64,000 bases of DNA, from positions 72,850,001 to 72,914,000 of the forward strand of contig CM097887.1 in NCBI GenBank assembly GCA_044892525.1, given 5' to 3'. Position numbers and translations under genes: made by a program. Below the pieces are notes generated by a model that saw nothing but the letters and a program-made list of their open reading frames with translations, was not told where the DNA came from and searched no databases. Shown in pieces: positions 1 to 13,900 of the stretch. The stretch comes from Schmidtea polychroa (lineage: Eukaryota). Numbering within the stretch: position 1 is the first letter of the stretch; every line of letters begins with the position of its first letter.

Positions 1-1060
1 TCATTGCCTCCCGTGTCGAAGCATGTACTTTTGGGTGCTGAATCTCCTCATATTTGTCTTCTGCATCATCTGAATACTCAAGTGGAATCGTATCATCATT
101 AGCTTCAATTGCTGCAATTGTTCTTCCTGGATTGTTGATCTTTTGTTGATAGCTTGTGGTTCGATGGGCATAATAATTATTGTTTCTCATGTTTGAATTA
201 GTTTGAAACTTTCTTCTTTCCAAATTTGTATAGCAGTCAATCTCCTTGTGTCCACGTAAGTGACATCTCTGGAATTGAATCGTTGAACATTCTCGCCGTA
301 CGTGGCCTTCAACTCCGCAGGCAAAACACGTCATTTTCTTTTTCATTTGGCATTCTCGACTAACATGACCAGTTTTCTTGCATTTCCAGCATTCCAATTG
401 TCGGTTACTGACGTTTCGCTGCTTGAAATTATTATTTCCGGTTACCATTCCTCTTTGAGCAACATCTCTGTAGCTTCTGTAGTTTTGAACAACCGGTGAA
501 GTCTTCACAACATTAATATGACCCATAATTTTGTTTACCTTTTCTAATTTCTTTATTGTCGCTTTTATTTCTTCTGATGTTTTCAAATCTTTCATCTCGA
601 TCTCTTTTTTAACTTCTCGATCTCTTACACAGTTTGTAAGTAGGCATTTTTCTATTTCTTCTTCATCCCATTTGTGCGCTATTAATTTCTTTGTCATCTT
701 TTTAATTTTCTCTATAAAAGTTTCGGCTGAATCTGATCCTTGTTCATAACTCAAAGCTTCTTTTAGATCATCCATTAATGATGTCGGTTTCGAAAATGCA
801 CATCGAAGGTTCTCTTCCATAGTTTTTCCTTCGGCTGCTTCATAATCTTCCATTAGCGATCTGTCAAGTAATGTTGTAGTTAATTTTACTTGCATCCTAA
901 TTGTTGTTTTTGTCGCGCCAAAAAACCTTTGACAATCCTTGATAAAATTTTCTAAATCATCGCCTTTGTGAAATTTCTCAGGTAATAGTCTGCTTATCAA
1001 TAAATCCGTGGTCGTGGTTGCCATGTTAGACACAATTAAATTCATGTCTTCTTCAAGCAT
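1..1060 (-). CDS. gag: Ty3/Gypsy Gag (open frame running off the left edge of the window)
   Basis: Manual translation from ATG at 1060 gives MLEEDMNLIVSNMATTTTDLLISRLLPEKFH... with no stop before position 1. It has CCHC knuckles (CWKCKKTGHVSREC, CFACGVEGHVRREC) and is clearly homologous to the gag at 23890-24960. It is absent from the ORF track because it has no stop in the window. Confidence 0.9.
   Translation of the reverse strand, partial: MLEEDMNLIVSNMATTTTDLLISRLLPEKFHKGDDLENFIKDCQRFFGATKTTIRMQVKLTTTLLDRSLMEDYEAAEGKTMEENLRCAFSKPTSLMDDLKEALSYEQGSDSAETFIEKIKKMTKKLIAHKWDEEEIEKCLLTNCVRDREVKKEIEMKDLKTSEEIKATIKKLEKVNKIMGHINVVKTSPVVQNYRSYRDVAQRGMVTGNNNFKQRNVSNRQLECWKCKKTGHVSRECQMKKKMTCFACGVEGHVRRECSTIQFQRCHLRGHKEIDCYTNLERRKFQTNSNMRNNNYYAHRTTSYQQKINNPGRTIAAIEANDDTIPLEYSDDAEDKYEEIQHPKVHASTREAM
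1013..1023 (-). promoter_or_regulatory. Primer-binding site TGGCAACCACG (tRNA-Arg-like)
   Basis: Abuts the LTR end and differs by 1 nt from the PBS at 24910-24920. The tRNA-Arg(UCG) assignment is recalled from animal tRNA 3' ends and needs checking. Confidence 0.6.
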
Positions 1061-1316
1061 TTAATTTTATAAAAACTTCAAAATTGTGACGTTTACTAGT
1101 GTATTTAAACACCGAGGCGTGATAATTATTAATATTAATGTAATTACTAGTCATACATTTAATTGATTTAATTTAATATAATTTAATATAATATGATATA
1201 ATTTAATATAGAATTTAAATATAAAAATTTAACAGAAATAATTATTTCTACTAACTGATCTCACTTCTACCATTTAACCATAATAATTTTATATAGAGAT
1301 TTACTAGCTCCTTACA
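1024..1316 (-). mobile_element. Probable 5' LTR of the left-edge Gypsy element
   Basis: On the minus strand it ends ...TCTAACA directly before PBS-like TGGCAACCACG, as in the complete element. The start TGTAAGGAG at 1316 is a best guess, because the partner LTR is outside the window. Confidence 0.55.
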
Positions 1317-1759
1317 ATTATCAATATACTTAATAAAAGAAACAAAATTAAATTTTATATTTTTTTGTTATTCATTGGCAACCTTTAATATTAATGAGGA
1401 AAAAGAAAATTAAAAATTTTATTTATATTTTTGGATATTGCAACTATTTAATTATTACGAATTAAATATAAACCTAAATTAAATTTGTGATACTTAAATG
1501 AAATTATTTTAGATTTTTATAAAAGTATATCTATTATTTGATGTGATTCTGACAACAAATTGTTTTCATAAAGCAATGAGATAGTTTATAGTACAAACCC
1601 CTATCCCTAGCACTTTTTTTACGTATAAAAGAATTGTAAATTTAAATAAATTACATAATGACATGCAATAAATAATTTTTTCCCATGAAAATACCAATTT
1701 TTTTCATATGATTAAAATATGAAATACATTTATCTTGTTATTTTGAAAAATCCCTTCAT

Positions 1760-2560
1760 AATTGCATCATTAAGTTCATCTCTATTCATATTGTTTTAAT
1801 AAAAGATTTAATAAAACCTTTCCATTGAGAACAAAACCTCTTCAATAGGATTGAGGAGGTAAAAGCTATATTCACAAGATCATTTATAACAACAGATTTA
1901 TGTATCGATGCATTATCTGTTACAAGAATATTTTTCCATGCATTTGCTTTTCTTCAACACATGATTAACAAATGTAATAAAGCTAATTGTATTATAAGGT
2001 TTATCTTGAAATGAAAAATTGATCAAACCTCTTTTACTCATAGCTGCACAAATAAAAAAGTTTTTATAACGTATTGCCTGAAATATTTTTTAGGAGTATT
2101 CCCTCTAATGCTACAGACACTGGAATGCCTGGTAGAACAGCCAATACCCATTGCATCAATAAAAACCACCTTATCTTCATTATGTATTATAAATATGGAC
2201 GCATATACACGTCTTCTAATAATATTTCCAGACGTATTTCGTGCAATTCTTTTAAAGCTATAATTAAACTCATCAATTGCTCTATATATTGTTGAGCATG
2301 AAACTGATTTATGCAATTCATCAGCAATTTTTGCCTTTATTAATTTTTTTTTCTTTTTAATTTCTTTTCAGGTTCACCTAATAATTTAGGCCTATCTGTA
2401 GATCCAGTAGAATTTCTGCGTATCCTACAAGTATCTCTATATAGCTTGATAAATGAGTTTATTTTCTTAGGCTTTATATGGGCAAATTCCGAACGAATTA
2501 AAGCAATTGATTTGCCTCTTCAAACGTCCTGCAAATTTCCTTTCTTATTTCATTTGTGAT
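1760..2560 (-). pseudogene. Degenerate IS630/Tc1-type (DDE_3-like) transposase
   Basis: Fragments STIYRAIDEFNYSFKR, KVVFIDAMG, TDNASIHKS and LPP../LNPIEEV, with frameshifts. Confidence 0.7.
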
Positions 2561-2640
2561 GCTTATGTTTCTTTCACTCATTAGGATATAAAAATAAAAT
2601 CAATAATTGTTTAAAAAGAAAAAGGCTTTTGAAAAAGGAT

Positions 2641-3033
2641 TTTGAAAAAATGATTAAACAATTAGGACCGATAGAGAATACGGTGTTTCTATTTAGAAGG
2701 TTTCTAAATGATAAATTCCGTAACAGATGAATTGGAAGGAGTGGATCATTTTCTTGGCTTCCATGTTTACCAAATTTGATGCCATTGAATTTCTTTTTCT
2801 GGGGACATGTGAAAACAAATATTTATTCTACCAAATCTCGATATTTTAAAGACTTTCAATATAGAATAACTGATATGATAGCTAACATTTCTGAAAATCA
2901 GTTCGAAAATGTTTTCTGCAGAACTTTAAGTGTTTCTTTTTTCTTTTGATTTTGGAAGATTTCTCCCCCCCCTCCCCAGAGTTACATAGCTACATGCATT
3001 TTAATTTCACACGAACTTTATGGACACCCTGTA
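2641..3033 (+). mobile_element. Tc1/mariner 3' remnant
   Basis: WLPCLPNLMPLNFFFWGHVKTNIY resembles the WPPRSPDL..LDFFLWG motif. It ends in a TIR-like GGACACCCTG-TA. Confidence 0.6.
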
Positions 3034-3149
3034 TTATGCAAATATTTAAAAGTTTTTATCAGAAGATAGTAAGTTCTTTTACTTTTATCAATACCTTAGA
3101 AAGGAATCTTGATTTTTTATCAATGATAAAAAATAAAATTAAAAATTTA

Positions 3150-3840
3150 GTGTTTTCAATAAATACCCGGACTAGGTGCTAAAGGAAATCAAAAGTAATG
3201 GTATTTTTTAACATAAGAACAACAAGGGTATGTTGGTTTTACTTTTCAATATAAGACCTATTGTGGTCCTAATACATAATCCAGCGATGTAAGAGTTCCA
3301 AAACCGCATCTTGGGAGAGTGATTAAATAGAACAAATCCATTGTTTCCCAATCACTGTTTTGTTTCCGCACTTTTTTTGGATTGGGACGTTGTCGTGGAG
3401 TACCCATAAAGGAAAACCACACGGCTATCGACGATTGTATCTGCATGTGTTCACGAGGTTAATGATCCGAACAGATCATGTCACTTTGATTCCAAAAAAC
3501 CTTGTCAACATAAATGATTTTCGATGACAAATTCCAGACATCATCTTCCAGGAACTCGTGTCTCTAGTGAATTTCCATTCGATGGACTAATGCTTGTTTC
3601 AGGAACATAAAAGTAAAAACGAGTTTTTTCCACAGTAAGGATATTTCTAAGGAATTGGTTACCATGTTCATCAAATATGAGAAGGTTCGTCTGGGAGCAT
3701 TTCCTCCATATTTGCTCACTGTTATCACCATGCAAAACAAAGAATTTAATCACATTTCGATACTCGATGGAATATAACATGATTTGACCAATAAATTGAA
3801 AATATGCTCCCATGCTGCTACGCAGGTGAATATTAAAACA
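3150..3840 (-). mobile_element. Degenerate mariner element
   Basis: Fragments NQFLRNILTVEKTRFYFYVPET and the C-terminal HRWIMY*DHNRSYIEK*. The terminal sequence CCCGGACTAGGTGCTAAAGGAAAT is shared with 35886-35912. Confidence 0.65.
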
Positions 3841-6279
3841 AAAAATATTTTGTAATCATACATAAAATATTATGATTTCACTAGAATATTGTTAAAATAC
3901 TATTAGTTTTATGGAGTAGTCCGAGTACTTATTGAACACATAATGTAAATCAAAAATATTTTATATTTTACAATTTTTTTTACCAACTATTTGTATTGAT
4001 ATTTAGTTTCAAAAATGTCTTTAAAATTAAATGTAACGATAAAAAAGTATGTAAATTTGAAAGATTTAGTAAACTTTGGAACAGAATGATAACATCTTGT
4101 AAATAACTAATTTGAATTTCTAATCGAAAGTTTTTTATAACTGGTCAAATACATTTAAATATGAAAGAATCAATTTTCTATTATTTTGGCTCCCGAAGTA
4201 TTTTTACAATAGACCTATGGTGAAGTGAAATCTGTATTTGAATCCATGATAGACAGATATTTCTGATTTAAATTCACCGAGTAATTTTAAAATATTAATT
4301 TACATTCCAAACATAGTAAAATTTATACAAATGGTCGGATTTAAATATGAAGAATTAAAATAAATCATTGGGATATTATAATAGAAAACTAAACCTAGTG
4401 AAAAATTAAGTTCCCTAACTTTATAACAGTAAAATTATCAATTTCACCACTGATCGATTTTCCTTTAGAATTTCCTTTGCATTCATTTGTTGCAGAGTTT
4501 ATATGGTTTCTTAAAGTGGTCTATATAAACCCACAAAGATTCACGGCAATGCGCAAGGAAGTATATAAAGTAATAGGAATGATTTGCAGATAGATAAAAA
4601 GGAGCTCACTTATTCACTTTATGATTTAAGACTTCAACATTTACCCCCTGATAATGAGTCATCACAATTAGTCATCAAGTTGATCATGTGTCATCGTGAA
4701 GGTTACGCGATCATTTTAAACCAAGAATCCTCGAAATTGGATAAGTCAGTCTGCAGATGAGGCATTATGAGTCACTACATTTTTTGAGAAATTTTTGAAA
4801 AATTTTGAAAGAGGTGTGAGCTCTCAAATTAATTTGAACATTGTGTGTGTTGATGGACGTATGGTAGATATTATGGATGCTGTATTGAAGTGGTTGTAGA
4901 GGATCATTGTCTACCACGTACGTTGAACCAAACGTGTCAACTCAAAGACTTCGTATGGTTCAACATTTTTTTAAAAGTTAAGACAAAGACACCTACAGAT
5001 CAAGCACACTTTGTAGAATAAGAATAATTTTGAGAAATATTAAAGATCTCGGAAAAACTTTCTAAGATTTAAAACCTTACAATCAAATTAATTTTTGGAT
5101 GAAAATAAATGGTAACAGAAGAGTCTAATTATAATATTCTGAATCTGAATATGTAAAAAATATTGCTTTCAATTTAGAAATATTCTATTTTTTACATTTT
5201 TGAATTAGCAGGAAGAACTTATTAATACATTCTTAGGTAATTTGATCATAGTAGCAAAATAAAAACTAATCAATACTGTCCTTGTCCAATTCTTTACTTT
5301 TAAATCGAATATTTTCTAATTCATTCTTAGAATTAAATTTTTTCTTAAAATAGTTTTAATATAACAATAAATGTTTGCGATTGGCTGAAAAACTTTATAA
5401 CGTTTAAACAAGTTACATAAGTGGCAAATAGAATTTTTTTCTGATTGACAAACTGGTATACCAACATTCCGCATCACTCACTTGCTAATTTAGGTATTTG
5501 TTAAAATATTTTCTATTATTTTAAAATTAATTAATCACTTGTGCATATACCATATGTGAGCGATAATTACATAAAAATAATTGAGTATTTTATTGGTTTC
5601 TCTTTGTGATAAGATTCATTTTTGTACTTTTGAATGAGTTGTACATTATTTTGGTCTTGATAAATATTTGGTTATATGTATTAAATTAAGTACATTTGCA
5701 GTATTTGAAACTTTTGGCATGGTTTAAAGTGAGCATCTGAATTTGTATAAAATATTTTTATGCATTGTTGTGTAAAATTATTTAATTTGAAAAAAATAGC
5801 GAATGTTATAAAATGGCTTAAGACATACGGGAAAATAATATTGTAACTATTATTTTATCGAAAAATTTCCTATTAACTAGTTCATTTTATGAACTTATAA
5901 ATCATTTCTGTTATAATATCCCTTGAATATCACGGTACTTGAATTGTACGAAGTTTTTAATAACACGGTTAAAAATACGACTGTCCTCAAATAACTTTAA
6001 ACCTGAATAACCCAATAACACTGTGAACGGAGAAACATGTTAATATGTATATTTTATTTCCGATTTTTGACTTGAATTTTTCTTTTTGACCATAACTAAA
6101 ATTTACTATTAAATAAAGGATTCTTATGTATGTATGTATTCTCCAGTTAAAGGTCTTTTTGTCTACTGAAATATTTAAATTTATTATTACTAAACGCCTA
6201 ATTAAAAAATTTCGATACGAAATCAAAAATTACTTGTTAAATAAAACGTAATTACGTTTCAACAAAAAATAAAAATTTT

Positions 6280-6620
6280 GGTCAAAATAAATGAAGGAGT
6301 CAAATCACTAAATCTAAATGAATCCACTATTAGTACAATTAAAAGATATGAAAAAAAACATTTCCAAAATGGCTGGATTGCGCACACGATGTAAGTATGG
6401 TGAAAATGGAAGAATCTCTTATTATCTGGATAGATGATTGTACTAAAAATGATTTCCTTAAATTGACGTACTATCAAAACAAAAACCCCTGAAAATATAT
6501 GAACATTTGAAGGAAATGAGGCATTCATCTTCATAAACGCAAGACAAATCATTTTCTGCCAGTAAAACCTGGATGAAAAATTTAAAGAGAAACATTCGTT
6601 ACATAGTCCGAAACAGATGC
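6280..6620 (+). pseudogene. pogo/Tigger-type transposase N-terminal (HTH/CENPB-like) remnant
   Basis: Fragments SLNLNESTISTIKR, MEESLIIWIDDC and SASKTWMKNLKR (ASxGWxxxFKKR-like), frameshifted. Confidence 0.55.
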
Positions 6621-7051
6621 ATTGGCTGTTATTCGTTTTTAATAAAAAAAGTTTTTAAAATCCCAATTATTTTACCTTTGGCAGGGTATGTCCATTTTTA
6701 TATAAAACTTAAGTCTCGAATTGCATGGTTTTAAATAAAAAAAACTCTTTTCAAGGAATGAATGTATCATTAAATATTTAAAAATTAATGATTGAAAATT
6801 TCACTTAAGACGTGCCAATTAATTGCGAAGGATAAATAAAACAAGTTATGTTATTTAAAAATTATTTAAAGTATTAGTTGGTTTAAATATTTTCCCTTTA
6901 ATATAATTTATGATCAAAACTACTTTTAAAAATAAATTTGGCATTCTTTAAAATATAATAATTAATCATATATGCGCAGCATGGGGGTCTGCAGAAATTT
7001 CTTAATGGGAGGACAAAATTTAAAAATTATTCCCACGTATACAAATATCAA

Positions 7052-7248
7052 TCCTATATAATAAAAGCACAGAGAACTTCTCACTCACTAATTCGTTATT
7101 GGCTAATGCGATATTGTGGGCTGGGCTTTAAAGATTGACCGTTCAAAATTTTTTAGAAATGTCAATTTATATTAAAGAAGTGTCAACGACAATCTAAAAT
7201 AGCGGCTGCCAAAGATTGACCGTTCCCAGAATAGGCCTACACGACTAG
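7052..7248 (+). mobile_element. Short non-autonomous Helitron-like element
   Basis: A|TCCTATATAATAAAAG ... CTAG|T termini, with a subterminal palindrome TAGGCCTA and no TSD. Confidence 0.5.
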
Positions 7249-8224
7249 TATATATATTTGTGTGTGTCGTAGATACAAGTTAAATTAATTTCTCGCTATT
7301 TTCTTCGATACATTCTTTTACAACTTTATCTATTTCCTCGTTCTCTGATAGTGTTTTACCTTCTTTTAAAGACATAAAATTATTGGCTTCAATAGTTAAA
7401 TATTTATAATATTGAAATTTGACATGGTTTCATGTAGCTTTATGAAAATGTTTATATTTTGTAAATGGCTTTGTAATGAAATTTCCTTTGTTCAACTTAT
7501 TGGGGAAATAGAATACATAATCTACATAACGTTCCCTTTAAGTGGGCTGAATATGATTTTGGTTTATCGACTAAAATTGTATAAACGTAGGTGTTTCCAA
7601 AACTTCATGATTTTTTTCTGAAAATCGTCTAAATATTAGTCTTTTAACATGTGAATCTGTTTTCGTATCTCATTTGTTAAAAATCGTTAAACAAACACTG
7701 AAGAAGTTTTCTCAACTAGATTTTTTGATTAGAGAATTAAAAGTATTTTTACTCATGTTCAAATATTGATAATACATTCTTTTCGCAATATTCGCAAATT
7801 TTTCGTTGTCAGAGGTCGTCAAGGACTTTTTTAAATCACAAATATTAAATTGGACCATCAAAACAAATTGTTTCATCATTATACAATTTCTGAGATTGAT
7901 TAATAATTACTTTTATGGGTACATCTTAAAAAGTAGAAACTCTACTGACACTTCAAAATTCAACAGTCGAAAACGTGATTTTATTAAAAAAATTGCTCAT
8001 TCCAACTCTCACTATACAACAAAGTCAATATTATTAACATATTATAAATAAAATGTATGACCACAAAAAAGTTATTTGTTTTTAACTTTTATTCCCCTTT
8101 ATTCCAGATATTTAATGTCATATTATATACATATTTTCATTAAATGTTATTTAAAAATTTTAATTTAATCAACTGCAAAGTAAATATCTCCTTATAAACT
8201 ACATTTTTTGTAAAAACAGCATCG

Positions 8225-9390
8225 AATCCTTCTATCAGATGTCCTTGATTTATTCGGTCAAGAATTTAGATTTTGAAGTCGCAAGCAGGACGTGCTCGAG
8301 AAATAGCAACATATAACTGTCTATGACTAAAAACAGGCTCTGGTAAATAAATACCAACCATATCCAAAGTTTGTCATTGTAATTTGTTAATTGTTATAGC
8401 AAACGCCAGTTTAACTGGAAACTATCTTCCTCTAAGAACAAATAGAAGTTCTGTGTTCGTTGGAGCTAATTCTATTTTTAGGAATAAATACGATTTCTTT
8501 TTCATCTGCCACATTCAAAATTTCTGCATTAGATAAATTTGGTGTTAAATCTCTAACTATTAATCGAGTTCCATGTTTATGAAGTTTAATGAAAATTCGA
8601 AAAGGTTTTATGTCTTGAAACTTAAAAATAACGTCCGATCTGTAGATTAGTCAGCAGTTAGTTAAATTAGGTAATGTTACTTTAAATAACAATTATGGGC
8701 TTCCTGATGATATAATAAAAATTCCTCAAAATATGATATCCAAAGATTCTTTAATTAAAGAAATCTTTGGAGATAGATTAATCATTGCGGATATTGAAAG
8801 TTCTACAATTGCACCTCGAGTACCAGGAGATACTAATGAATTGTTTGAGAAAAATATCCACCAATACGCAATATTTTACCACCTAATGCTTTTGAACTTT
8901 TCATGATCTCTTTTAACAACTTATCTATAGCTTTCAATGCTGTGTTGGTGTCATCGTGGACTCCAACATCATCCCAGATTATAACCTTCGACTTTCTAAT
9001 AACTGCTGCATCTCAAGTATTCAATCACATTGACTATGTTGAGATATCTTACAGAGGTACAGATAGTTTAAACTGAGAATGATAAATTCTTTCACCTTGT
9101 ACAAAATAGTAAAAAATATCTATGGATTTATTACGCACAACTACAGTTGACCGTTGTTTTATCGCGGTATTTAGGATAATCATTGTTATTTTGAATTTTT
9201 TCCTCTTGAAACAGTTTCGGAAGGCCCTTTGAACATTTACCATCAACCATAAATAGTTTAACATACATGGCAACAGATTAATTATAAGAAAGCGCCACTC
9301 AAACATTCGTTTTACGATATATTTCGACAGCTTTCCTCTCATCATCTGGTAAGATATAATAACTATAGAAAATATAGATTTTTGCACAAA
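8225..9390 (-). pseudogene. Helitron PIF1-type helicase remnant with an internally inverted segment (~8606-8795)
   Basis: Minus-strand fragments GERIYHSQFKL, KVIIWDD, ALKAIDKLLKEIM..LGGK and FPVKLAFAITINK..TLDMVGIYLPEPVFSHRQLYVAISRAR. The intervening LKLKNNVRS..LVKLGN..DDIIKIPQNMISKDSLIKEIFGD is on the + strand. Confidence 0.8.
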
Positions 9391-9843
9391 TTTATTAATT
9401 ATATCAAATTTTTTAAAAATATATTATTCTTTAAACATTATAATTCAAATAATAAATCATTTTTTAAATTGTAGCAATAAGAAATAAAATTTTAAAATAT
9501 TGAAATTCAAAATTATCCAATTTTATAATTTAATAATCCATATATAAAAAATACATTTATAAAAAACTATTTAAAAACATTATAAAACACAAGCATTCGC
9601 CGCGTTTTGCTCGTTAATTTTCGAGTTTGGATCCGATTATAGGAAAGTCAATGCTCCAACTTTGATGTTCAAATGGAAACAGCGATTGATTTGTTTTCAA
9701 TTTATACAATTTTTAACCTTTTTATTCGACAAGTTAAACTTAAAATTGTTAGTTTAAATTGATCAAGAATTAAACTTTTTTTATAAAATAGTCTTTATAG
9801 TTTCTTTGTTTTACGAAATATTTCTTTAGATATATCTGCATTT

Positions 9844-10971
9844 ATGCCATTCAATCAAAACTATCCTGGAATGGTTCAAACTCCATTTATTGTGCCCAGC
9901 AATCAGGTTTGTTCTCAACTCATAAGCAATCAAAATTTTTCTCAAATATCTCCGAACATAATTCGGACCAATCAGTTGTATAATCATGTTCAACCTGCAA
10001 ATATGTATCATTCAACGGGTGAAAAAATTAATGCTAACAATCAGTCAAATTTTATATTTTCACATAATTATTCTATGTATCCGACTTCTACACAGATTCA
10101 ACATCACGTTTCTCATATTCCTAATCAGATCTCACCTCATATTCAACCTCAGCTTCATTCTCAAATGGCACCAAATCAAATACAGAATCATTATCCTGTT
10201 GTTCAATCTAATAGACAATATTTAACATATAATACTCAAACGGAAAAACTACCAAAACAGAGTTCTCCTTTAGAAATCATTAATCCAGAAACTAAAAAAT
10301 CTATTGATTTAGCATCTTTTAAAAGTGATAAAGAAAATCAAAAAATTAATAAATTAGATTTTCGAGAGTGTCCCACTGATTTGAATAAGCACCCGATACC
10401 GTGTTTGAATAAGACTGAATTTCGCAACATTGACTCTGGTAAAAATGAGTGTCTTGATATTCAGGATCCTCATCAATTTAAGTCCAACGGGAATCATAAT
10501 AATAAAAATAATGAAGTTGTTAATGAAGTTGAAAACACAAAAATTCATCATATAGCTCAAAATAATACTAGTAAATCTTCTGAAATAGATAATAATAAAT
10601 TTGATGATCTTGGAACTAATATTGAGCTTGTTGAAATAGAATTACCACTGGAAATCTCTCAATGTTGCCAAAGTTTGTCAATTGTATCAGATAATATATC
10701 AATTGACGAGAAAAGTCAGATACTGCCAGAAATTATAGATAATATATTTATGGATAGAACATATGATTCAATAAATGGTAATTTACAGAAATTACATGTC
10801 ATAGAACAGTTTTCTCGCCAGTCTGAAGACGTACTGAATGAAAAACATCTAAATAAATTTATATATTCTAGAACTGATTTGATTAGAATTGGAAAGAAAC
10901 CCATTAGTCGACAAAAGCCAAAAGGACTACCTGTTAAAGAAGAATTCACCGAATTCATTATACTTGATACA
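9844..10971 (+). CDS. EIF4G: eIF4G exon 1: Q/H/P/N-rich N-terminus and eIF4E-binding motif
   Basis: YSRTDLI (10864-10884) followed by SRQKPKGLP, as in animal eIF4G. Phase-0 donor GTAAGT at 10972. Confidence 0.85.
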
Positions 10972-13900
10972 GTAAGTTTTTTTGATTGTAATCTTTTAAA
11001 TATATTTAAACATCTTAAATAAACTGGATCCAGGAAACCTGTATTGTTAGTTATAATATTTTTAGTATTTACAACATCCATAATTTAAATCTTAAAATAT
11101 ATTTATTAAATAAAAAGAATACAATTTGTTTACAATATTCAAACAAATCTTCATGAATATTTTTATTCAACGTAAAGTATAATGGAAGTATATGGAATTT
11201 GCATAACACATCAATCTACAACAGTGGTTCTCAAACTTTTTTGATCACGACCCAAATTTTTGACATTTCATGCCAAAAATTTTATTGCGACCCACATGAC
11301 AAAGATTAAATAAATTTAAAAGGCTTAAACTTCCAAAATTTATATTTGTAGATCTTTCCATAAGTCATCGCGACCCACCAAAAATTCTTTCGCGACCCAA
11401 AAATGGGTCGCGCCCCATAGTTTGAGAAACACTGATCTACAACATACATTAATTTAATATTTTATTTAATTGCTATTTATTCAGTTATTATTAATTTAAT
11501 TAATTAATTTAATTAGATTCTCACACTGATCATTTAATTTCATTTATAAATCCTTAATAAAACTTAATAAAACTAAAAAGATTTGAAAGATTTGATTTGT
11601 ATATTTGATATATAATTAAATTTATTCATATTAATATATCATCTTTTTGAAGCTTAATTAATTTATTAAGTCCCCATGGCTATTAGAAAAAAATCTTCAA
11701 GGTTATGATAAAATTTACAATTTCCTACATGTCGAAAAATTACACAATAATATTATTTACTTACACCCATTTGTTGTATTGCGGCCTATAATAATGATAA
11801 TAATAATAATTAAAAATAATAATAAATATTAATAATCAAGCAATTTATTTTTATTTGAAATACACAAATTTATTTATAAATCAACCCAAATTCTGAAATA
11901 CAATATAAATTTAAATGACCGTAAAATTTCAAATATGTACCCATTAACTTTTCTGTTTGCCAAATTTCATATTGATTAAATTCCTGGATTTTAATGAAAT
12001 TCTTTATGTAAAGTCTAATTTTTTTTTATATTTACTTTTTTGATATTTTACTTCAATATTTTCAGCCAAACAATTTTCCCACTTTAGAGAACGTTGAATG
12101 TATGCAATCGATCAATCAGAAGTTTGTAAAGCCACACAAGGTTATTTCATTTTTTCAAATTATCTTTTCAATTTTAAAATGTTATTTTCGCAAAAAAGTT
12201 TTCTATTATTAGGTCAATTGAAAAAATTTTGAGATATTTAGTCACATGGAATATAATCAATATTATCAAGAATAAAATAAATTCATTATCTCATATAAAG
12301 CTTAGACAAACCGACTCTGTTTATTGTGATTGGGAAATTTAGCGGTTTTAAAAGTATTTTTAGCTTCAGAAATTGATTTCGTATTATTATGAGCAACACT
12401 AGTATATAGTTTAAATCCATTTACAGGGTTTCTCATTTAATTTGAAAATCAATTTTCGAGCCCTTCCGTTTTATCAATTAATTTGAAATTAAAAATTATA
12501 ATTAAAAAAAAATTACAAATTATAATTTATTTATTCATCTTCAATTACTTTCCCGTTGGGACACCAAACTAATACTATCAACATATGACTATAATAGTTT
12601 GCATTGTTATCAGGCGTAATGTATCCAAAAGCATTATCAATACATTCCAATAATTATACATTGGTAGGGCGGGCAGTCCTTACATCATGCTTCCATTGAG
12701 AAAACACTGAGAAAACATATTCTCAATCGGATTCAGAAATGGAGAATATGGTGGTAAAAACTTTAGTGTGTCCGGAATTTATAATTATTTATTGAACATT
12801 TTGGTTTCTGTGAAATGCAACATTTTCGCATATTAAAATTGCATTGTTAATTCCTTTTTGAGCAAACTCGGCAAGTAAATCATTAATAAAATTAATATAA
12901 TCTCCAGTATTATATGCATGGGTTTTATTAGACACAGAGCTACGGGTATTAATCGAATCCATAATAACAAATTATACTAACACGTTTATTATCCAACATA
13001 CAAATATTATTTAAACAAATTATAACGTTAATTTATTCGAGGAGTTTCTAAAAAATAATAATTAATGTATAAGTAAGAATTTCAACATACAATCAAACAC
13101 GCACAACATCATACCATTATTTTAATACAAATTACAAAAACGCCTCACAGATTTGTTGCCTATAAAAATGTTCCTCTTTTACTGATTACAGCCCAAATCG
13201 AAATATACTTTGTTCTTATATTTCCGACTCTCTGAACAACTCTTTCACCTGTTGGCGCTCTTCCTCTTGTCGGCCTCATACTTATATTGAATCCAAGCTT
13301 CTATAAAATAATTATTCAAACCATCTTGAACAGTTAAAATATCTAAAACTCTTGCATAATTTTTACGTATTCTTAACGTTTCATCGGTATTTCGCCTTTT
13401 TGGTAATTTGGTAACACGTTTCAAACTGTAATTAAGTTCGGTAATTGCTCAATCAAATGTCAAAACACTTTCATTTTGAAGGTTTGTTCTAATAGCCTCC
13501 AAAGTTAGTGAACCATATTAATTTAACCAGGATATTTGTGTTGATCATTTAAAAGACATTTTTATATCCACCTCTTTTTTCGGAGTTGCTTCACTACAGT
13601 TTTGAAATCTTTCAACTATTCTTTGAAACATACATCCTGTGAAATTCGCTACTGAAACGATACCTTATATTGAACTGCGGTTATAATTTGATTTCTCATT
13701 TCATTTCTAATGGCTCTTCTGCGAAAAGGTGTGACTGCAGCAAGATTCGAGGTTTCGGCCATTGTCTGTCCGGTTTGTACCGTTTTCAAATGGTTTTCGT
13801 GTAAATTTTCGGTACTTTGTAAGTTTTGTTCGGATGTAGGTATGTTTTCGATGTTAATATAAATTAAGGATTGCAAATTAATTGATAAAATGGAAGGGCT

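Noticed and set aside
302-749. Plus-strand ORFs 302-499 and 531-749 (also 21443-21631, 23001-23192, 24374-24646, 24770-24982, 15872-16144, 45115-45405)
   Set aside because: They are antisense shadows of gag, pol, RT or transposase frames and have no independent support.
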